Shown: positions 40,007-50,665 of the stretch, in pieces
Numbering within the stretch: the stretch's first letter is position 1
Layout: every line of letters starts with the position of its first letter
NCBI GenBank assembly: GCA_947245515.1
Contig: CAMXQV010000002.1
Coordinates: 141 to 64,140 of the forward strand
DNA from: an uncultured Clostridium sp.
GTDB lineage: Bacteria; Bacillota; Clostridia; TANB77; CAG-508
DNA length: 64,000 nucleotides
Reading direction: 5' to 3'
The notes under the pieces: model-generated
Seen by the model: only the letters and a program-made list of their open reading frames with translations
Told to the model about the DNA's origin: nothing
Databases searched by the model: none
Made by a program: the position numbers and the translations under genes

Positions 40007-43000
40007 TTATTTTTTTAGTTTTCTTTTAAGAATTATAATACCTGTTCCTAGTATTGCTAAAACAGCTACTCCAATAGTAATTGGTAATATGTAATTTTGG
40101 TTTTCACCAGTACTTGGTGTAACAATAACCTGTTCTGACTTATCTTCATCTGACTCTAAAGGAGTTGAACTATCACTTGGAATATAACTTCCTGTAATTG
40201 TAGTAATTTTAGATCCTCCTGGTTTAGTGATTTTTACAATTTCAGTTTCATTATTTAGTAAAATCTCATCAGTTGTAGTTAAAGTTTTTGATACGTTAAG
40301 TTTAATATTTCTATCAGTACCTGGTAAAACTTTTTCTTGATGTAATTTAGTTGTATACAAGATTATCTTATTATTAATATCTGAAGTATCTCCAAATACA
40401 TCTGGGCTAACTGTTACCTTTTCTGTTATTCCACTAACTGAATATTGAATTCCGTCTGTTTGTAATTGTTCTTTTGTTATAGCAGTCCATCCATATTCTT
40501 CATTTTTACTTGTTTCATAACCCCAAGCTTTATCTAGGTAATCAATAATTATATTTGGTGTTGTATAAACAACTTCACTTTCTTTTACTGTTCCTACTTC
40601 TTTATTGTTATAATCAAATAGTTTATAAGCTCCCTCTTTCATAACACTAGAACCAAATTTATAATAATTTGAATTTATTACATCTACTTCGCTAATATTA
40701 TTGTATTTGAATTCGTAGGTAACTTCTAAAATTGCACCTTGTATTAATTCATTATCTAACTCAACTTTTATAAAGCCTGGATTGTAATTTACGGTTCCTC
40801 TATTAATTGGTCCCATATAAGTTACATGATTTTTTTCACCTTTTAGTTTTCCATTTTCAACGTCTACATCTGAAACAACTTCACCATTTGCTAAAGTTAC
40901 TCTTAAATGACTTACTCTTTTCTTTAATTCATTTTGTTGAATTGCTCTTTTTACAATTCCAAAATCAATATTAGTTATTTCATAAGTATATTGGTCTCCA
41001 GTAGATGCTGAATATACATCTTCATATTCAACTCCAACTTGCATTGGAAGTGTTGTTGAGTCCATTGTACGATTTTTAGTTATTTTCTCATCTGAAGTAA
41101 AGGTTCTATTTTTTATTTCATCATCTATTTCTAATCTAGTCTTATAGTCATCAATTGCATCTGTATATCTTGTTTCTTTATTATTTAAGTCAATTCCATC
41201 TCCTCTATACCACTTTCCAACTTTTAATGTACTTCCATCTATGATATTATCATATCTCGCCTTATTGTATATTGTTCCTTTATAATCTTGCACCTTATAG
41301 GTACCATATTGTTCTCCCCAAGTATATACTACTACATAGTCTCCTGGTATAAAGCCCGCAATATCAAAGTTACCTCCACCTGATGTTTTGCTATCTTCTT
41401 CTGACCAAGTAGCTTTTGTTTCATATTTATCAAATTTTTCTACTGCCCCTGATATACTTTCTTTATATTTATTTTCTCCTATGAAATATTCCATACCAGT
41501 ATTTTTCTCTACAATTTTAACTTTTACTCCATCTATTCCTGTATCCTCTGCATCAAGCAAGCCATTTGCTTCTCTAATTTTAGCTGTTTGTAGTCCATCA
41601 ACTGTTTTATCTAGGAATACTTGACCTTTAAGATGTCTAGCGTTGTCTGCTACTTGTAATTGTAAGGTTGGTGCTGTATCTGTATCATCTTCATAAGTCT
41701 CTTTCTTTTCAGGTTCAATATTTCCTGGTTCAGAATCTTTATCTATTCCTGCATATGGTTCTTCAAAGGTATCAAATACAGAATATGAATTTATTTCAAC
41801 TATATTGTCTAATAAACCTTCTTCCTTCTGATTTATTAAAGCTAATACTTTAGCTCTACTTAACTTAAATTGTACATAAATATCTTGTGTTTCTTGTGGA
41901 TTTATTATTTTATTAACATCCTCGGTATTTATTATTATCTTTTTATATTTGTTGTTACTTGTTTCTACGGTTTCTTTGCTTATATTATTTACTTTAATAT
42001 TTCCTTTTTCATCTAATTCTGTACCAATTGCTACAATTTCTTCATAATTAGCATCATAGTAATCAACAAGACTATTAATTTTAGCTTTTAATTCTGTAGC
42101 TTCATTTCTAATTTGTATTTTATAAGTTATATAAGCTTTTAATTCTCTACTTACATCCTCTGGATTTTGCCATGTAAAGTCTGATTTATAAATTGGTCTT
42201 GTGTATTTTTGTTTACCATATTCATTTCCAAATTTAACACCAACATTAAAGCCTTCACTATATGCACCTGCATTTACAAATCTTTGTGCATAATCATAGG
42301 TATGTTCATATCCATTTATTGTAAGTCTTACATTTTGTATATCTTTTACCACTGCTAAATCTGGTTGCATTTTTTCATAAATTCCTAAATTAATATTTCT
42401 AACTTCTTCGAATTTCTTTCCTTCTGGAACCTTTAAATAGTCTCTTAATTCGATTATTGAAGTATCTGCATATATTCTTATTCCATCACTTCCAGTTTTC
42501 GGATCAACTATTCCTTTTCCAGTCTCCGCAGTATAACCTAAATGTTGTACTAAGGTTGATTTGTGTTCTTTGGAATCACGTTTATAACTCAAGCTATTTG
42601 TTTCAGTATTATCTGCTTTCTTTGAAACACCTTTTTCAATTATTGCATATTGTGCATTTAATTTTTCTCTATCTTTGTCTGCTGATTTCGATCCATTTGT
42701 TTTTTCAGGATGTGGTTTTACATTTTCATATTTTAGTCCATTATATTTAAACATAACGTTATAATTGTCTAATTCGCTTTTTAGCACTTTCTTAAACTCA
42801 TAAAATCCATTTTTGTCTGTATAAGTTATAAATTCTTTTCCATCTTCATTTTTAACTGTTTCGCCTGAACCTACATATACTAGTCTTACTTCTATACCTT
42901 CTATGAGTGTTTCTCTAGTATCATATTCATCATTACGTAAGGTCTTTTTACTTGTATCATGTGTATCTTCCCATACAATACCAGATAATTTTGTATAAGC

Positions 43001-46000
43001 TTGCTGATTTCTTACTTGTACATCACAGACAAAAGATGCTCCAGCTGTTGTATTAGGATTTTGTAAATCAAGTTCTATTTCACCTTTATGTAATCTATAA
43101 AAGTCCTCATCTTCCTTATTTACTAGCCCTGTTTCTATTGCATAATATTTTCTATGTGCTTCTATTTTACGTAAGTTTATATACCCCTTTTCATCTGTTA
43201 CAAATTCTTTTGCACTACCTTCGTTAGTTGTATAGTTAACTATTGAAGGTTCTAAAGCTCCTGTTTTCTTATTAGTTCTTTCTGTATATGAACTAATGTA
43301 ATGTTTATTATGACTTTCATCATAATAATATATTTTAAATTTTACACCTGACATTGGTTTTATATTAGTAACATCTATATCATCTACTTTATATAATCTA
43401 ATATTTCCATATGCCTTATTTCCAAAGGTTACTTTTTGTTCATAGTCTTTATATACTGAAAATTGTCCAGATGATACTACTTCTATATTTCTATTTAAAT
43501 CTGTATCCAGTCTTCCATAATGATAAATTTGGTCATTAAGGTCATAAGGTGCAGGACAAGCTATTTCCTCAACTTTATAATAGTAAAAGTCTCTTGAATC
43601 TATATCATCTACTCTTAGTCCAGTCCAAACTGCATACCCATTTGAATTTGATACAGCTATACTATGTTTATACCATCCTGTCTCATTCTTTACTGTTCCT
43701 CCATACCCATTATCTGTAAACCATACATTTTTACACCATAATTGGAAAGTTGCACCTGGAATTGGTTTCTTTGTATCTACATCGTATTTGTAAGCTGATA
43801 ATTGACCTGTTTTAGTTATTATTTTTTTATCCATAAAAATTACTGTTGCTGGTGTTATTTTACCTACTTCTACTGTTACTATTTGACTTGCTGGATCTGA
43901 AATTTCATATCCTTTAGGTGGCACTGTTTCTGTTACTAAGTATTGACCAGGCTGTAAATTATCTAATTGCACTGTACCATTATATAATACCTCTACATTA
44001 TCTTTTCTATATCCTTCTGCACCTGTTCCCTTTATTCCTATAACTGAGAATTTTGCTCCATTTAACTTCTGTCCATCTTCTTTAGATACCTTCATAATTT
44101 TCAAACTTCCTAAGTCCTTTTTTATTTTGGTATCATAAAACTTTACATCTAGTACTTGATTCTTTTCTTCTATATTAACTTCTTGTTTTGCATATTCTGG
44201 GTCTATAGTATAACCTTCTGGTGCTTTTGTTTCTATAACTGTATATTTTCCTAGTGGTAAATTAGATACTGTTACAGTACCATCCTCTCCTGTTTTTATT
44301 CCTTCTTTTTTCTCTCCTGTAGGATATATTAAGGTAAATTCTGCTCCCTTTAGTGTACGTGAAGCAAATAGTGGATGCTCTTTATCCCTTTTAATAATCT
44401 TTAAGCTTCCAACATCGTTTTTTGGTTGTGGTAGAGTTAAATTTAAACTTGTATTGTAACCAACTGGTTCTAAAATCTCTGCCTTTCCACGATAAACTCT
44501 TTCTAGATCTTGAGCATCTTTTGTATTACAACATCCATGCCCATTATGACTTCCTTCACTTGAATATATACATTTCCATACTTCTCTAACTATCGCTGTT
44601 ATTTTATATTTAACTTTTTTGGTTAATTGTTTAAAATCTAATTTTATTTCCTTTATATTTTTTATGTTGTCTTTTTTATCATCAACTTTAATATAAAATT
44701 CTTTTCCATTTTTAAATACATTTTTTTCATTTTCTATTACTTTACCATTTTCATCAAATATGTGTTTTGCATCAAATATCTCTGTTCTACCTCTTTTAGT
44801 TGTATATACTACTCTTGTATTTACATCAAAACTACCTTTAAGACAACTTTCATCTATTTTACTTACTTTGTAAGGTCCAATATAAGTATAATTATCTTTT
44901 TCAATATATTTGATTTTTGACTTATTTGAGTCATCTGATATTATTGGTGCCTCAGTTTCTACTTTTTGTTGTTTCTCTATTTTTGTAATCTCTGCACTTA
45001 CTCTTTCATAAGTATGGTCTGCAGAACCACACATTGATTTATTTGGTGTAATACAATGTAATTTCATTTTATTAAAGTATTCTTCTAGGCTTGAATCATG
45101 GGTTGCAAAGTTATTACTTGAACTATTTACTGTTACTTTTCCACCCATATCATCTTTAAGAAAGTCTTTTATTTTTAAGTCTTTTGTAGTTAGAGTTTGT
45201 GCTTGGCTAATATTTGGCATATTCATTACTACTATTGACATTAATATTGTCATAAACATCATTAAATTCTTGATATTAATTTTCTTTTTCTTAATTAAAA
45301 ATCCAGTTAATAGTAATATTCCCAAAAGAGCTACTATTATAATAGTATAAGTTATTATACCTGTTTTTATAGATACAATAAGTTGTGCTTCTGAGTAATC
45401 ATCTTCTTCTCTGTTTTTATTATTTTCTGTTGAGTCTATATCTTTTACATTTGTAGTTGATGTTGCTTTTTTAATTTCAGCAGCATTTGTAATAGTTCCT
45501 GTTTCGTCTTCTGTCATCTTTTTAGTTAATACTACAGTAATCTCTTTACTTTCCCCAGCTGAAATTTTTGTATGTGCTAATTCATCACTAACTATTGTAT
45601 CTTTTGTGTTTTGTCTCCAAGAATTATTTATAGCTTTATCAAAAGTTAATCCACTAGGTAAGTAATCTACTATTTCACTTACATAAGCTTCTACTTCTCC
45701 CTCATTTTTTACTACTATTTTATATTCAATTTGCAAAGTACTATTATTTAAGTATTTAGAAGGTATCTCTACTTTTTCCAATTTTCCTTTTTTGTATTTA
45801 TATTCTTTTGTCCCTGCTTTATTAGTTACTGTAACTTTTGATACATATTTTTCTAGAGATAAATCAAATATACTATTTTTTATTAAGCCCATGTCTATAT
45901 TTTCTTTATTTTCACTAAGCTCTATTATATTTGTTATACCTACACTTTTTATATTTCCATCTATACTTACTTCTTTTTCTACTGCATCATTATTAAGGTT

Positions 46001-49000
46001 TTCCCCTACACCACTTTTTTGATAAGTAGTTAAGGTATAGTTATTTGTATCGTATTCAAATAAAACCATATAATTGTTTTCTTGTAAAGCTTCAAATTCA
46101 TAGTTTCCATTATTATTAGTAGTTGTTTCTTTTACTAAAGAATTTGTTGTTGCATTATATAATTTTACTTTTATATTTGATAATAATTGTTCGTCTTCCT
46201 TTCTTTCTCCATTTTTGTCACTATCCATCCAAACTACACCCTTTATTTTATAGTTTGTTTTATTATCTTTATTTTCTATATTATTATCATCTTTTTCTTG
46301 GTTATTTTCTTCCTTCTTATCTGTATTATCTTCTTTTAAATTGTCATCTATATTATCTACTTTTGTTGGTACTATTGTAGCTTTTATTATATTAGATTGT
46401 GTAGCTTTTAGATCATCTCCTGTTATTGTTACCATATTTTCAATGTCTGTTCTATCTGTAACATAATCTGCTTTTGCATAAATTTTTAGTTGCATTTGCT
46501 CTTTGTCTGGAATAGAACAATTTATATGTACATTCGCATTTTCTTTTCCATCTTCATCTATTGTAACCTCTGATATATCCTCTGTTTCTACTGTCTTAAT
46601 ATATTTTCCTGTTTTTTCATCTATTTTAAATTCACCTGTGTCTTCATCTATTTCAAACTTTTCATATTCAATTTTGTCTGGTATTAACGCTTTTGGTAAA
46701 TAATCTTGTACATCTATATTTGTTCCTAAAATGTCACTTGCTCCAATATTTTTTATTGTAATATTATATTGTATTTCTTCGTTTTCTTGTAATTCTTTTC
46801 CTTCTTTTTCAGAAGTTTGTACTATTTGGATTGCTTCTGTTAATATTTTCATTCTATTTTCGTTTGAATAATAGGTATCATCTTTATAAGAAACTTTTGC
46901 TGACATACTTATATCATATTCATATTTACCATTTTCATAATTTTTGTGTATTGTATCTATAACTATATTGGCTTTACTATTTGCTTTTATTTCTGGTATT
47001 TTTATAGTTAGTTTTCCATCTTCAAGATTTTTTTCTAAGTTAGTTTCTTTTGCATAAGTTTTACCTTCACTATCTGTTCCAAGCTCATAGGTTTCTATAT
47101 TTGTTACATCAAATTCTACTGGAATTTGGCAAGTTGCTTTTATATTTTCAATAGTTTCCTCTGTATTATTGTAAATCCATAAACCATAACCATATTCTTT
47201 GTCTACATTGTTACCTGATTGTAGTCTTACAGTTAGGTCTCCATTTTTTATAGTTGTTTTTTGTGAATTACTTGTTGTTTCAATATTTTCAATATAGGTT
47301 TTTAGAGTTTGTTGTATTTCTTTTGAGGTTTCACCTTCTGTTAATTTGTTTACTTGTACTTCATAAAATCTTATAATTGATTTTCCTGCTTCTATACTTG
47401 CTATATTTTCTTCATATTTTTTTACACTTTCGTCTTTTACATAAACATATGCATTTTCTGCTGTTGAGTCAAGTCCTAGTTTTACTTCTGCATAGGTTGT
47501 ACCTTCTGGTACGCTACCTTCAAGTTTTATATTATTTAGAGTGTCCTCAGTTGTATTTGTAATTCTTACCATATATTTAATAATTTCATCTTCATGTATA
47601 GTATCAGTTTCTGCTAAAGTTTTATCTCCTACAACTGCTATTGTCTCTACTTTAATTTTTTCTGATTCTTTTATATTTTCTTTTAATGGTTCTTCTTCTA
47701 TTCGTTGTGTAAGCTTGTTATCTTCTTTTTGCTCTTTTTGCATTTCAATAACAGATTCTATGTCTATATCTATCTGCTTATTTTCTTTTCCTTGTTTCTT
47801 ATAATCTATAAGAGTTGCTGTATCATTTTTATAGGTTACATCTATTGTACTTTTTTTGCTTTCAATTTCTTTTTTTACTATTATAGTTGCTGGAATAACT
47901 AGGTTACTTCCTTCTATTATTGAATTTAAATTATAAGAGTTTTGAGTTCCATCTAATTCAACTTTAATTGCTTTACTTCCGTTATTATCCACAACTTCTG
48001 CACTTTTTATTGATAAATTACTATCATATAATAAAGCTACATCTCCTAGTATTATTTTTTCTACTTCACTAGGAAAAGTAAACAAGATAACAGGATTTTT
48101 AAATAAATTATATTTTATATTATTGTTTAGTAAAGTTGCTGTTAAGGTTATTTCGTTTTGAATTTTGTTTGTTAATTTTGTTTTATCAAGTGATACTTTT
48201 ATATTTGTTTCTGAAGCTTTTATTTCCTCAAAGCTAATATTTGATGAATTGTAGATTTCTTTTGTTTCTTCGTTATTTGTACAGGTTACTTTTTGAGTTG
48301 TCTGTAGCTTTTTATAGTTATTATTTTTCATATCTGCTTTTATTGCTTTTTTATTTTTTATTGCAAAAGAACCTATTTTTATAGGCTTTGTTGTTGTAAT
48401 AACTATTTTTTCTGTTTCTTCTGGATAATTTATTTCTACTAATCCATTTTCTATTTCTTCTGATTTACTAGTTATTTCTCCTATTACTTCCTTTTTATCG
48501 TTTAATATTGTGATTTTTCCGTCTTCACCTAAATAGTCTATAATATCTTGTTTTTTTATTGTAGTTTTTTTGTATAAGATACCACTAGCTATGCTATTAT
48601 TTTCGCTGTCTATAAATTGATTATTTAGTTCTAATCTTATTTTATCTGCTATTTCAGCATAACTAAAATTTACATCTATTGTTTCTGTATATTCTGTTTC
48701 ATTTTGTGTTCCATTTACTTCATTTGCATATATAAATCCATTATAGATTTCACTATTTGATATCTTTGTAGATATTAATTCACTTTTGTTTGATGTGTGT
48801 GTTTCTTGTAGATTAAATTGTTTTTCTATTTTTGTTTCGTTTTCATCTTCAAGGGTTTCTATTACTGTTCCTGTGATTTCTAATTGTCTCTCTTTTTCTT
48901 CTTTATAACAGTTTGAATTGTAATATGCATAAATTTCATATATGTCTTTTGCATCTTTTACTTCTTTATTATAAGCATTTGTATTAGATGCTTTTATATT

Positions 49001-49414
49001 TAATTTTCCTGTTTCTTTATTGTAGTCGTAAGTTGCTTCTTTTTCTTGTTTTTCTCCATTTGTTGCTTCTGTACTTTTTGCAATTACTTTTATTTGTTCT
49101 GGATATTTGTCCTCTATTTTTGGCATATTTAATATAGATTCTGTAACTTTTAGAGGTGTATATTCTTGCCCTTCTTTATATTGTATTCCAGTTTGCAATT
49201 CTGCTTGATATAATACTCCTTTGTTTTCTTCGTCTAAGTTATAGTTTATATATTTTTGTGTTTCTATATTTAATATTACTTCTGCTTTTTCTTTGTTGTT
49301 TGTATTTTCTATAGCATAACTATAAATGCTTTTTCCAACATATAGAAAATTTGACATTAGTATTGTAAGAATTAGTGTTATTATAACTCCAATTTTTAAA
49401 ATATTTCCTTTCAT
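40007..49414 (-). CDS. Continuous 3135-aa ORF that reads as two surface-protein genes joined in frame
   Basis: Part A runs 49414 to about 45263 (about 1384 aa). It has a signal peptide, DUF11-like repeats and Cna-B units, then a DUF11 module, a transmembrane helix and the tail KKKKINIKNL, with the same architecture as the 4509-aa protein. Part B runs from about 45262 to 40007. It opens with a second signal-peptide-like MMFMTILMSIVVMNMPNISQAQT. Cna-B/SdrD-like domains follow (GIVWEDTHD...NGFYEFKKV). Its C-terminus is VTPSTGEN, then a hydrophobic helix, then KRKLKK, which looks like a sortase-type sorting signal. There is no stop between the parts and no good SD before part B. Confidence 0.6.
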   Translation of the reverse strand: MKGNILKIGVIITLILTILMSNFLYVGKSIYSYAIENTNNKEKAEVILNIETQKYINYNLDEENKGVLYQAELQTGIQYKEGQEYTPLKVTESILNMPKIEDKYPEQIKVIAKSTEATNGEKQEKEATYDYNKETGKLNIKASNTNAYNKEVKDAKDIYEIYAYYNSNCYKEEKERQLEITGTVIETLEDENETKIEKQFNLQETHTSNKSELISTKISNSEIYNGFIYANEVNGTQNETEYTETIDVNFSYAEIADKIRLELNNQFIDSENNSIASGILYKKTTIKKQDIIDYLGEDGKITILNDKKEVIGEITSKSEEIENGLVEINYPEETEKIVITTTKPIKIGSFAIKNKKAIKADMKNNNYKKLQTTQKVTCTNNEETKEIYNSSNISFEEIKASETNIKVSLDKTKLTNKIQNEITLTATLLNNNIKYNLFKNPVILFTFPSEVEKIILGDVALLYDSNLSIKSAEVVDNNGSKAIKVELDGTQNSYNLNSIIEGSNLVIPATIIVKKEIESKKSTIDVTYKNDTATLIDYKKQGKENKQIDIDIESVIEMQKEQKEDNKLTQRIEEEPLKENIKESEKIKVETIAVVGDKTLAETDTIHEDEIIKYMVRITNTTEDTLNNIKLEGSVPEGTTYAEVKLGLDSTAENAYVYVKDESVKKYEENIASIEAGKSIIRFYEVQVNKLTEGETSKEIQQTLKTYIENIETTSNSQKTTIKNGDLTVRLQSGNNVDKEYGYGLWIYNNTEETIENIKATCQIPVEFDVTNIETYELGTDSEGKTYAKETNLEKNLEDGKLTIKIPEIKANSKANIVIDTIHKNYENGKYEYDISMSAKVSYKDDTYYSNENRMKILTEAIQIVQTSEKEGKELQENEEIQYNITIKNIGASDILGTNIDVQDYLPKALIPDKIEYEKFEIDEDTGEFKIDEKTGKYIKTVETEDISEVTIDEDGKENANVHINCSIPDKEQMQLKIYAKADYVTDRTDIENMVTITGDDLKATQSNIIKATIVPTKVDNIDDNLKEDNTDKKEENNQEKDDNNIENKDNKTNYKIKGVVWMDSDKNGERKEDEQLLSNIKVKLYNATTNSLVKETTTNNNGNYEFEALQENNYMVLFEYDTNNYTLTTYQKSGVGENLNNDAVEKEVSIDGNIKSVGITNIIELSENKENIDMGLIKNSIFDLSLEKYVSKVTVTNKAGTKEYKYKKGKLEKVEIPSKYLNNSTLQIEYKIVVKNEGEVEAYVSEIVDYLPSGLTFDKAINNSWRQNTKDTIVSDELAHTKISAGESKEITVVLTKKMTEDETGTITNAAEIKKATSTTNVKDIDSTENNKNREEDDYSEAQLIVSIKTGIITYTIIIVALLGILLLTGFLIKKKKINIKNLMMFMTILMSIVVMNMPNISQAQTLTTKDLKIKDFLKDDMGGKVTVNSSSNNFATHDSSLEEYFNKMKLHCITPNKSMCGSADHTYERVSAEITKIEKQQKVETEAPIISDDSNKSKIKYIEKDNYTYIGPYKVSKIDESCLKGSFDVNTRVVYTTKRGRTEIFDAKHIFDENGKVIENEKNVFKNGKEFYIKVDDKKDNIKNIKEIKLDFKQLTKKVKYKITAIVREVWKCIYSSEGSHNGHGCCNTKDAQDLERVYRGKAEILEPVGYNTSLNLTLPQPKNDVGSLKIIKRDKEHPLFASRTLKGAEFTLIYPTGEKKEGIKTGEDGTVTVSNLPLGKYTVIETKAPEGYTIDPEYAKQEVNIEEKNQVLDVKFYDTKIKKDLGSLKIMKVSKEDGQKLNGAKFSVIGIKGTGAEGYRKDNVEVLYNGTVQLDNLQPGQYLVTETVPPKGYEISDPASQIVTVEVGKITPATVIFMDKKIITKTGQLSAYKYDVDTKKPIPGATFQLWCKNVWFTDNGYGGTVKNETGWYKHSIAVSNSNGYAVWTGLRVDDIDSRDFYYYKVEEIACPAPYDLNDQIYHYGRLDTDLNRNIEVVSSGQFSVYKDYEQKVTFGNKAYGNIRLYKVDDIDVTNIKPMSGVKFKIYYYDESHNKHYISSYTERTNKKTGALEPSIVNYTTNEGSAKEFVTDEKGYINLRKIEAHRKYYAIETGLVNKEDEDFYRLHKGEIELDLQNPNTTAGASFVCDVQVRNQQAYTKLSGIVWEDTHDTSKKTLRNDEYDTRETLIEGIEVRLVYVGSGETVKNEDGKEFITYTDKNGFYEFKKVLKSELDNYNVMFKYNGLKYENVKPHPEKTNGSKSADKDREKLNAQYAIIEKGVSKKADNTETNSLSYKRDSKEHKSTLVQHLGYTAETGKGIVDPKTGSDGIRIYADTSIIELRDYLKVPEGKKFEEVRNINLGIYEKMQPDLAVVKDIQNVRLTINGYEHTYDYAQRFVNAGAYSEGFNVGVKFGNEYGKQKYTRPIYKSDFTWQNPEDVSRELKAYITYKIQIRNEATELKAKINSLVDYYDANYEEIVAIGTELDEKGNIKVNNISKETVETSNNKYKKIIINTEDVNKIINPQETQDIYVQFKLSRAKVLALINQKEEGLLDNIVEINSYSVFDTFEEPYAGIDKDSEPGNIEPEKKETYEDDTDTAPTLQLQVADNARHLKGQVFLDKTVDGLQTAKIREANGLLDAEDTGIDGVKVKIVEKNTGMEYFIGENKYKESISGAVEKFDKYETKATWSEEDSKTSGGGNFDIAGFIPGDYVVVYTWGEQYGTYKVQDYKGTIYNKARYDNIIDGSTLKVGKWYRGDGIDLNNKETRYTDAIDDYKTRLEIDDEIKNRTFTSDEKITKNRTMDSTTLPMQVGVEYEDVYSASTGDQYTYEITNIDFGIVKRAIQQNELKKRVSHLRVTLANGEVVSDVDVENGKLKGEKNHVTYMGPINRGTVNYNPGFIKVELDNELIQGAILEVTYEFKYNNISEVDVINSNYYKFGSSVMKEGAYKLFDYNNKEVGTVKESEVVYTTPNIIIDYLDKAWGYETSKNEEYGWTAITKEQLQTDGIQYSVSGITEKVTVSPDVFGDTSDINNKIILYTTKLHQEKVLPGTDRNIKLNVSKTLTTTDEILLNNETEIVKITKPGGSKITTITGSYIPSDSSTPLESDEDKSEQVIVTPSTGENQNYILPITIGVAVLAILGTGIIILKRKLKK

Positions 49415-49800
49415 ATTTTCCTCCTTTATTTTGTTTTTATATATTTTATTTTTTATAGGTTTTGTTTTATTTCTTTAGTTGCTTATAAATTATGTCAATT
49501 TTCTTTTGTTTTACTTACGGCTACTTAATATAAATAATATTTGTTTTTATATATTTTTCATATTCTTTATATTCGCTACTTTTTATTATACCTTTTTTTT
49601 CTAGTTTTTTCAATGTTTTACAGTAAATTTTTTCATATTTTTTTATGTTTACCGTTTTTTAGTAATAACTCTGTTTTATTTGTATCCGTAATACTACAGT
49701 TTATGCTTATTTTATCAGTACTATTATATAAAGTAACAATTTTGATTTTTTTTCATATCTTAATAATATATATTTACATACTTTAATAATATATATAGAG

Positions 49801-50280
49801 GTGATTAAAGTGAATAATAATAATTTAAACTTAGATGAAAATACGATGAAGAACATTAAAAATATGGTTGATAATGGCAATCTTTCAGATGCTTTGTCTC
49901 AAATTTCTCCTGATATGATACAACAGTTCTCTAGTTTATTAAATTCAAATAATTCAAATAGCTCTGGCTCTAATAATTCTAATGAACAAAATACTTCTGG
50001 TAATTCTAGTGCTGAAAATAATAGCCATTCTAATAATAATAACAATAATAATTCTGGATTTGATTTTAGTAATATTGATCCTGCAACAATTATGAAGATA
50101 ACTTCTGCTTTTGGAAAAATGAATAATAAAAATGATCCTAGAGCTAATTTGCTATATTCATTAAAACCATATTTAAGAGATGGAAAAAAAGAGAAATTAG
50201 ACCAATATGTAAATTTACTTAAGGTTAGTAAAATAGCTGACTTATTAAAAGATGATAAAAAGGAGAATAATAATGGCTAG
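49801..50280 (+). CDS. Asn/Ser-rich low-complexity hypothetical protein
   Basis: The 159-aa ORF has AGAGGTG upstream. Its composition is extremely N/S-biased. No family was recognised. Confidence 0.4.
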   Translation: MIKVNNNNLNLDENTMKNIKNMVDNGNLSDALSQISPDMIQQFSSLLNSNNSNSSGSNNSNEQNTSGNSSAENNSHSNNNNNNNSGFDFSNIDPATIMKITSAFGKMNNKNDPRANLLYSLKPYLRDGKKEKLDQYVNLLKVSKIADLLKDDKKENNNG

Positions 50281-50665
50281 GTTTCCTTATTTTGGATTTC
50301 CTTATCAGTATCCATATTATAGATATTATAATCAAAATACTCCTATAAGTTATAATAGTACTCCTATAACTTCTTCTGATAATAAAACAAGCTCTATAAA
50401 TTATGATAGTGATATAAAAGAAAATACAGAAGAGAATATCTCTTCTGTACAACCTAACCGTTCTTATTCTAAAACTAATACCAATTCGTTATTTTCATTT
50501 AATTTTAATGGTTTTTTAAATTCAGATAATCCAATTATTAATATTTTGGGTATTGATCTTTATTTAGATGATATTATGATTTTATGTTTGCTTTTTATTT
50601 TATATAAAGAAGGAATAAAAGATGAAATGCTATTTATTGCCTTACTCCTTTTATTGTTAAGTTGA
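50273..50665 (+). CDS. Tyr/Pro-rich small protein with a C-terminal hydrophobic segment
   Basis: The N-terminus is MARFPYFGFPYQYPYYRYYNQ and the SD is AAAGGAGAA. The start overlaps the preceding gene. The ORF-track start at 50252 is less likely. Confidence 0.45.
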   Translation: MARFPYFGFPYQYPYYRYYNQNTPISYNSTPITSSDNKTSSINYDSDIKENTEENISSVQPNRSYSKTNTNSLFSFNFNGFLNSDNPIINILGIDLYLDDIMILCLLFILYKEGIKDEMLFIALLLLLLS

